Source: a virus. From it: 39,410 bases of DNA. The notes below the pieces were generated by a model. The model saw only the letters and a program-made list of their open reading frames with translations, did not search any database and was not told where the DNA came from. The position numbers and the translations under genes were made by a program. This document shows, piece after piece, positions 35,451-39,410 of the stretch; positions within the stretch are counted from its first letter, which is position 1; each line of letters begins with the position of its first letter. The stretch covers positions 1 through 39,410 of the IMG/VR virus record IMGVR_UViG_3300045988_098250; one strand, written 5' to 3'.

Positions 35451-35477
35451 AAATAAAAAGCGCTCTAGTAGCGCTTA
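35451..35477 (-). terminator. Intrinsic terminator-like hairpin between ASCH and the PP-loop operon
   Basis: On the minus strand: AAGCGCT-actag-AGCGCTT (7-bp perfect stem) followed by TTTATTTT. The hairpin overlaps the ASCH stop codon. Only about 20 nt remain before the PP-loop gene's ATG. Confidence 0.55.
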
Positions 35478-35942
35478 ATGTACGATATGAAACTTTTTAA
35501 ACTTGCTGAACTGTGGTTCAACATCTCTTTTTACTTTTCGTTTTGGAATATAAAGTAACGGTTTAATTTTGTGATTATACCAATCTTCAAATTCAGGATC
35601 ATTGTGATCTACTTTAACAAATGGAGCTGGCTTAATTAGCTTATCATCAACGTTATATAGTTTTAGCTGCCCTTTTACCTTGATCGGTTCAATTAGATAG
35701 CTGCCGCCCTTTTTAAATGGTTCTATGTGCCAGTAATAAAGTTGATCCTCCTCATTCCATTCAATATCCTTAATCATTGCTACGCAAATAGCATGACCAT
35801 AGATTGAATTAGGATACTTCCTTGCTGACGCACATAGTAACAATGGGCCTCTGTAGTTAGTAGTCCATGTTCTGTACTCTATAGTCTTAGATCCATTAAT
35901 AATATCCATGATGTAATTACCATGAATTGATAATGCCTTCAT
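35475..35942 (-). CDS. ASCH (PUA-like) domain protein
   Basis: MKALSIHGNYIMDIINGSKTIEYRTWTTNYRGPLLLCAS matches the ASCH N-terminal pattern (...I..G.KT.E.R.W.T.YRG.LLI). Confidence 0.72.
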   Translation of the reverse strand: MKALSIHGNYIMDIINGSKTIEYRTWTTNYRGPLLLCASARKYPNSIYGHAICVAMIKDIEWNEEDQLYYWHIEPFKKGGSYLIEPIKVKGQLKLYNVDDKLIKPAPFVKVDHNDPEFEDWYNHKIKPLLYIPKRKVKRDVEPQFSKFKKFHIVH

Positions 35943-35972
35943 GCCTAATCCTCCTATATATCTCTGTCATAT

Positions 35973-36046
35973 GGTAACTGATGGAATCGAACCACCGCTA
36001 ATTTGGTACTTCACACCAATGCTCTACCAACTGAGCTAAGTTACCA
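35973..36046 (-). tRNA. tRNA-Phe (anticodon GAA)
   Basis: Folded by hand from GGTAACTTAGCTCAGTTGGTAGAGCATTGGTGTGAAGTACCAAATTAGCGGTGGTTCGATTCCATCAGTTACCA. 7-bp acceptor stem. D stem GCTC/GAGC. Anticodon stem TTGGT/ACCAA with loop GTGAAGT. T arm GGTGG-TTCGATT-CCATC. No encoded CCA. Confidence 0.75.
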
Positions 36047-36200
36047 GAATGTCTGTTTAAAGGCACAGAACTAAGCCCTCTGCTGTAAAATCAATGACTA
36101 ACTTATTTTTGTGAATAAAATTATCATTTATAACGACTTACTTTGCCAATAGTATGACAAGGTAAAGATTTAATTTTAACGTCCGTTTTCCGCCGGACAA

Positions 36201-36286
36201 TGAGCAGCGTGGGAATCGAACCCACTTCATATTGTGAAAGAAAATTCCTGCTTTCTTTCTAAAATTCCAATTGTGTCGTACTGCCC
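36201..36286 (-). other. Degenerate tRNA-like element (acceptor stem plus canonical T arm, no D or anticodon arm)
   Basis: The 3' end is GTGGG-TTCGATT-CCCAC-GCTGCTC-A. GGGCAGT (36280..36286) can pair with GCTGCTC (2 G-U pairs). The interior instead holds an 8-bp hairpin GAAAGAAA/TTTCTTTC (36236..36259). Confidence 0.4.
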
Positions 36287-36386
36287 ACGGCTATCGCGCA
36301 GTCCACTGAACGATAGCCAACTCTTAACTACAATACGCTCGCCGGGTCGTCGCATATCAATCCTAGGTCGTAGCTTGACCTAGGTA

Positions 36387-36419
36387 AGCAGCAAGTAGGA
36401 ATCGAACCTAAATGCTGCT
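36387..36419 (-). other. tRNA minihelix-like element (7-bp acceptor-like stem directly flanking a T-arm-like hairpin)
   Basis: AGCAGCA-TT-TAGG-TTCGATT-CCTA-CT-TGCTGCT. The stem is perfect at 7 bp. The loop is identical to the T-loops of the tRNA-Phe and of the element at 36201..36286. Confidence 0.4.
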
Positions 36420-36605
36420 GTACATCAATCATGAAATTATTTGACAGAGATAAACAAATAATGGTTGATGTACTAGGAGATCTTTATTCAAGATCTAAAA
36501 TTGTAATACTAAAAATTCTTGGAGGATTTCTAGGATCTTCCTTGTTTGAAAGGGTGTCTTTGTCGAAACTTTTTATTTTTTCGACAATAACAATTTACCA
36601 TGGTT

Positions 36606-37148
36606 TCAATCCGATAAGTGTCCGGAAACTGTCCGGTAATCGTCCGATTTGCCTTTTTCCGGTTCTGGTTCAATCTCAATAATTAAATCAGGTATATCAA
36701 AGCACCCATTTTTTACCTTCTTAGAATTAAGCAGCTCAGCAAACTCACATAAGGCGTCTCTGCGCTTTAAATAATACTGGCTGTTAGAATACCCTACCAT
36801 TGGCTGTATCTTCCAATCAGGTAGCTTTTTTACAAATTTATTGAGAAGTATTTGCTGATATGGATATGTAGGACTCTTTTGGCATAGCAATATAGTTTGA
36901 TAAACGGTTGCTGCTTTAAGCTCGTTCTTTTCTACTTTCTTCCAAGCGCGGTCTAGTTTTTTCTCTTGCGAGTTAGTAGCGCTATGACTAGCTGGCATCC
37001 CTGTAAATGGTTGGCCGGCTAAATCATCTAAACTAAGAGCTGCACCTCTTACATACTCTGGAAACGTGTACTTAAGAAAGCCTGTAGCGCGTCCGGCGGT
37101 CTTTTCAATGTCTATATTCAATCCTAAATCTAAATTTTCGTGTTCCAC
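36606..37148 (-). CDS. ArpU-family late transcriptional activator (sigma-like)
   Basis: 180 aa. N-terminal IDIEKTAGRATGFLKYTFPEYVR, central MPASHSATNSQEKKL, and C-terminal QILLNKFVKK...MVGYSNSQYYLKRRDALCEFAELL follow the ArpU/RinA-type pattern. It is the last early gene before the packaging region. Confidence 0.62.
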   Translation of the reverse strand: MEHENLDLGLNIDIEKTAGRATGFLKYTFPEYVRGAALSLDDLAGQPFTGMPASHSATNSQEKKLDRAWKKVEKNELKAATVYQTILLCQKSPTYPYQQILLNKFVKKLPDWKIQPMVGYSNSQYYLKRRDALCEFAELLNSKKVKNGCFDIPDLIIEIEPEPEKGKSDDYRTVSGHLSD

Positions 37149-37163
37149 GTTTCCAACTCCAAA

Positions 37164-37355
37164 CTAGCCTTCTAAGCCGTAATCTCTATAATGTCTTGCT
37201 TCCATACCACGCAAGTATCCTTCACGATATGCCGCTTCTTTTAACTTCCACAGATCTTTTACTGTAAGGGATGCAGTATCAAACTTATGTATAAGCTTTA
37301 AATCCTTATATGGTTCATCATGTGCTAAGTGATAGCGTCTGTATTCATTACTCAT
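37164..37355 (-). CDS. Hypothetical 63-aa protein
   Basis: ORF in the operon, abutting the upstream gene's stop codon with no gap. No motif recognised. Confidence 0.5.
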   Translation of the reverse strand: MSNEYRRYHLAHDEPYKDLKLIHKFDTASLTVKDLWKLKEAAYREGYLRGMEARHYRDYGLEG

Positions 37356-37556
37356 CTATAACATCCTTTGTGTATTTGTGTAGTATCTATCGCTTTTTTC
37401 ATAAAGCATTAAAGCAGAGAATATCAGTCCTGCCCCTATATCCGTAACTTGATATTTAATTTTTTCTATTGTCAATGGATCTTCTTTTTCAAGAAAATCA
37501 TTAATAGTATCTTCTAAATATTCCGATGTACTTTCTTCAAATACCTTAACTTTCAT
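37356..37556 (-). CDS. Hypothetical 66-aa protein (weakly Cse60-like pattern)
   Basis: I chose the start at ATG 37556 (AGGTGG 5 nt upstream); track position 37565 is a GTG. MKVKVFEESTSEYLEDTINDFLEKE...IEKIKYQV resembles Cse60-type small proteins from memory only. Confidence 0.5.
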   Translation of the reverse strand: MKVKVFEESTSEYLEDTINDFLEKEDPLTIEKIKYQVTDIGAGLIFSALMLYEKSDRYYTNTQRML

Positions 37557-37608
37557 CTTTACCACCTTGTCTCTCTATCTTCTTCAATAAAGTCTTTTCA
37601 GCCATCTA

Positions 37609-37755
37609 TCACACACACCATTCTTCAATACCAAAATATTCTTCCAAACATTTCAAACTGCAAAATATATACTCTTTTTCATCATCATTTGGATCTTCAA
37701 ATGAATAAACACCTTCACCAGGATATAGAGGATCTCCGCATACACTGCATAGCAT
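37609..37755 (-). CDS. 48-aa Cys-rich (zinc-binding-like) peptide, below the track cut-off
   Basis: My own translation: MLCSVCGDPLYPGEGVYSFEDPNDDEKEYIFCSLKCLEEYFGIEEWCV. TAATG overlap with the upstream gene. Confidence 0.45.
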   Translation of the reverse strand: MLCSVCGDPLYPGEGVYSFEDPNDDEKEYIFCSLKCLEEYFGIEEWCV

Positions 37756-37973
37756 TATTTGTGTCCTCCATAGATAAAGCTTGACGTTAAACTTGTTGTA
37801 TATGCACTTTGAGCAAACATATACAAAATATCCTGTTCAGTCATCTTACTAGATAACTCCATATCCGTTACCCTCTTCATGAATATATTTTTATCTTCAC
37901 GATATAGAGCATCTAATGCACTATCCATTGCCCAGTCAAATTTCTCTTTATCAAAAATCTTATATTTTTTCAT
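37755..37973 (-). CDS. Hypothetical 72-aa protein
   Basis: The ORF abuts the rusA stop. No motif recognised. Confidence 0.5.
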   Translation of the reverse strand: MKKYKIFDKEKFDWAMDSALDALYREDKNIFMKRVTDMELSSKMTEQDILYMFAQSAYTTSLTSSFIYGGHK

Positions 37974-38435
37974 TTACTTTCCCTTATCTCTTTCTACTGT
38001 TACCTCTACTCGTGGATACTCTGAATATCTTTTTTTAACTAAAAGGGACGTTACTTGCTTATCATCATGATATATTCCTCTAACAAGCTGCATCATTTTA
38101 TGAACTACTTTATTTCGTTTCATCTTTGGGTTCATTCCGTCCATGATGATCTTGCCGATGTTATCAGCATCAGGTTTCTTAGTAGGAAGTTCTTGGTTAG
38201 ATAAACATAAAGCCTTGCGCTTTTTGCTATAACTTTTTGGAACTTCGAAATATGCCATAATTTTAACGTCTACAGGTTCGTCTTTATCAAGCATACCTTT
38301 GAAACTGTTAATCGCTGTATACCTGACTAAATCTTCATATCGTGCTGTCTTAGCAGGCGTGTAAGTTACCGTCCTAGTAACTCTCGGTCTAGCCTTACCT
38401 ACTGGCGATCCTTCAATCGTAAAGTTAACTCTCAT
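37974..38435 (-). CDS. rusA: RusA-family Holliday junction resolvase
   Basis: GSPVGKARPRVTR..., KKPDADNIGKIIMDGM and IYHDDKQV are the conserved RusA motifs, including the catalytic Asp residues. Confidence 0.88.
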   Translation of the reverse strand: MRVNFTIEGSPVGKARPRVTRTVTYTPAKTARYEDLVRYTAINSFKGMLDKDEPVDVKIMAYFEVPKSYSKKRKALCLSNQELPTKKPDADNIGKIIMDGMNPKMKRNKVVHKMMQLVRGIYHDDKQVTSLLVKKRYSEYPRVEVTVERDKGK

Positions 38436-38447
38436 ATACTTAATTTC

Positions 38448-38678
38448 CTAAATTGTAATAATCCCATCAACTTCGTTTGTGCCTTCATCGTCTTCAAACG
38501 AAATTGTCAAGTTTAATCCGATTTTTTTCTGTAATTTCCGTAGATCATCAAGACTCATAAGTTCTATTCGGTACTCAAGTTCACGTGTTTTTTTATTCCT
38601 TTCCAAGATATTTAACCAGTATTCATTTAAATTTCCCTGTATATCAAAAGGTAAATCTTCTTCCAATTTAAAAATCAT
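38448..38678 (-). CDS. Hypothetical 76-aa acidic protein
   Basis: I prefer the start at ATG 38678 (AGGAG 9 nt upstream) over track position 38747. Sequence begins MIFKLEEDLPFDIQG. Confidence 0.5.
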   Translation of the reverse strand: MIFKLEEDLPFDIQGNLNEYWLNILERNKKTRELEYRIELMSLDDLRKLQKKIGLNLTISFEDDEGTNEVDGIITI

Positions 38679-38680
38679 AT

Positions 38681-38755
38681 TTACATCGCTCCTACTATCA
38701 AAATTACTATAGCTAGCAGAATTAAGAATGCTGCTGCAAAAATCCAATCTGACAT
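38681..38755 (-). CDS. Possible 24-aa hydrophobic peptide
   Basis: My own translation: MSDWIFAAAFLILLAIVILIVGAM. AGGA lies about 10 nt upstream. The stop is 2 nt before the next start. Confidence 0.3.
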   Translation of the reverse strand: MSDWIFAAAFLILLAIVILIVGAM

Positions 38756-38770
38756 GCTACTTATCCTCAA

Positions 38771-38929
38771 TTAAACTTCGTAAGTAATAATTGCTTCATA
38801 GTTTGAATTATTTGATGTGTACTGAATATCTATAATCTTTCTATTGAGTTGATTAGAAAAACGTTCTATATCAAATTCAAACTCATAATTTTCGTATTTT
38901 GGTCTAGTAATAATCTTTGTTTTAATCAT
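38771..38929 (-). CDS. Hypothetical 52-aa protein (below the track cut-off)
   Basis: My own translation: MIKTKIITRPKYENYEFEFDIERFSNQLNRKIIDIQYTSNNSNYEAIITYEV. GAGGAG lies 9 nt upstream. Confidence 0.45.
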   Translation of the reverse strand: MIKTKIITRPKYENYEFEFDIERFSNQLNRKIIDIQYTSNNSNYEAIITYEV

Positions 38930-38933
38930 TCAG

Positions 38934-39224
38934 CTAATCTCCTCTAATTAATCCAGCTTCTTTGAGTAACTTATCTCTCCATTTTGTGTCTTTATTACAA
39001 AATGCTGTATCTTCATAATCCACTTCGTAACGATTTTTAGCCAAGTCATACGCAACTAGTAATACTTCTTTAAAGCCACACTTATCACAAATAAATGGTA
39101 CTTCAATATTATTATTTTCAAGATAATCTAAATTTTTTAATGCTGCTACATCATTTACACTATCTCCAATATAATTTTCAGTTTTACATTTAGGACATTT
39201 CCAGTCTTCACCATTTAAAAACAT
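38934..39224 (-). CDS. Small zinc-ribbon-like protein, unknown function
   Basis: 96 aa with CPKC ... CDKC pairs. TAATG overlap with the upstream gene. Confidence 0.6.
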   Translation of the reverse strand: MFLNGEDWKCPKCKTENYIGDSVNDVAALKNLDYLENNNIEVPFICDKCGFKEVLLVAYDLAKNRYEVDYEDTAFCNKDTKWRDKLLKEAGLIRGD

Positions 39225-39400
39225 TATTTTTTCTCCTCAGTTAAAATTTCATAGCCATATTCAAAATGTTCAAATGCCGTTTCCTTTACAACATTTTCAA
39301 TCTCTTCTTCGGTAGCATTATCATCTACTTCAATATCTTCATAAGTATCTTCTGTGGGTTGATAATAATCTGGCGAATCCCACGAAACTCTAATTTTCAT
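39224..39400 (-). CDS. Highly acidic 58-aa protein (spans the circular junction repeat)
   Basis: My own translation: MKIRVSWDSPDYYQPTEDTYEDIEVDDNATEEEIENVVKETAFEHFEYGYEILTEEKK. 19 Asp/Glu against 5 Lys/Arg. Strong SD GGAGGAG. A truncated duplicate lies at 1..109. Confidence 0.6.
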   Translation of the reverse strand: MKIRVSWDSPDYYQPTEDTYEDIEVDDNATEEEIENVVKETAFEHFEYGYEILTEEKK

Positions 39401-39410
39401 AGTCTCCTCC
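39292..39410. repeat. Terminal redundancy copy 2 (identical to 1..119)
   Basis: Direct reading, base-for-base identity with 1..119. Confidence 0.95.

Noticed and set aside
36201-36286. An 86-nt element as a genuine type II (long variable arm) tRNA or an 8-nt-anticodon-loop suppressor tRNA.
   Set aside because: No D stem can be formed from positions 10-27. The only candidate anticodon arm lacks U33 and has an 8-nt loop. The acceptor stem needs two G-U pairs. It is better treated as degenerate or tRNA-like.
36186-36420. A tmRNA-like gene (5'/3' acceptor pairing with a 3' T arm).
   Set aside because: At about 235 nt it is far too short. I could find no plausible resume codon or tag ORF ending in hydrophobic residues. 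The 5' end folds locally into its own minihelix.
36431-36682. Plus-strand 83-aa ORF downstream of the tRNA-like block.
   Set aside because: It has no SD, overlaps the 3' end of the ArpU-like gene in antisense, and has a low-complexity hydrophobic translation typical of shadow ORFs.
1-39410. CRISPR arrays, rRNA genes, insertion sequences, transposases, or a reverse transcriptase / diversity-generating retroelement.
   Set aside because: I saw no regularly spaced short repeats, no rRNA-like sequence and no transposase or RT motifs in any frame. The only mobile element recognised is the group I intron with its endonuclease.

Overview
The window is a complete, circularly closed temperate siphovirus genome. 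Unit length is 39,291 bp, because bases 1-119 recur exactly at 39292-39410. It is low-GC, and its gene content looks like Lactobacillaceae phages (inferred from an LL-H-type holin, a GH25 lysin and a BppU-type baseplate protein). Only the lysogeny module at 5168-8344 is on the + strand: CI-like repressor, two accessory genes and a tyrosine integrase. Everything else is on the - strand. The early region runs from 5018 down to 1 and continues through the junction from 39410 down to about 36600: cro, antirepressor, ERF recombinase, a replication gene with an internal iteron origin, many small early genes, RusA and an ArpU-like late activator. Next come a tRNA-Phe plus degenerate tRNA-like elements, then packaging (TerS, TerL, portal), head, head-tail and tail genes (1755-aa tape measure, Dit, Tal, BppU/CotH-like receptor-binding protein), and lysis genes. 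Four points stand out. (1) Between the tRNA and terS lies a cassette of an ASCH protein, a PAPS-reductase-like PP-loop ATPase and a ParB/Srx-like protein. It is interleaved with four divergent, strongly basic small proteins that all end in a shared G-S-T-G-S-[KR]-G-G-COOH tail; this is a candidate undescribed modification or conjugation module. (2) The SPP1 gp7-like minor capsid gene is split by a 954-nt group I intron carrying a GIY-YIG homing endonuclease, and its 100-aa exon 2 is invisible to ATG-based ORF calling. (3) Two tRNA-like T-arm/acceptor modules lack a full cloverleaf and sit in a hairpin-dense 235-nt non-coding stretch. (4) Intrinsic terminators occur at unexpected places in the late operon. 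All product calls come from reading motifs by eye; no database search was possible.
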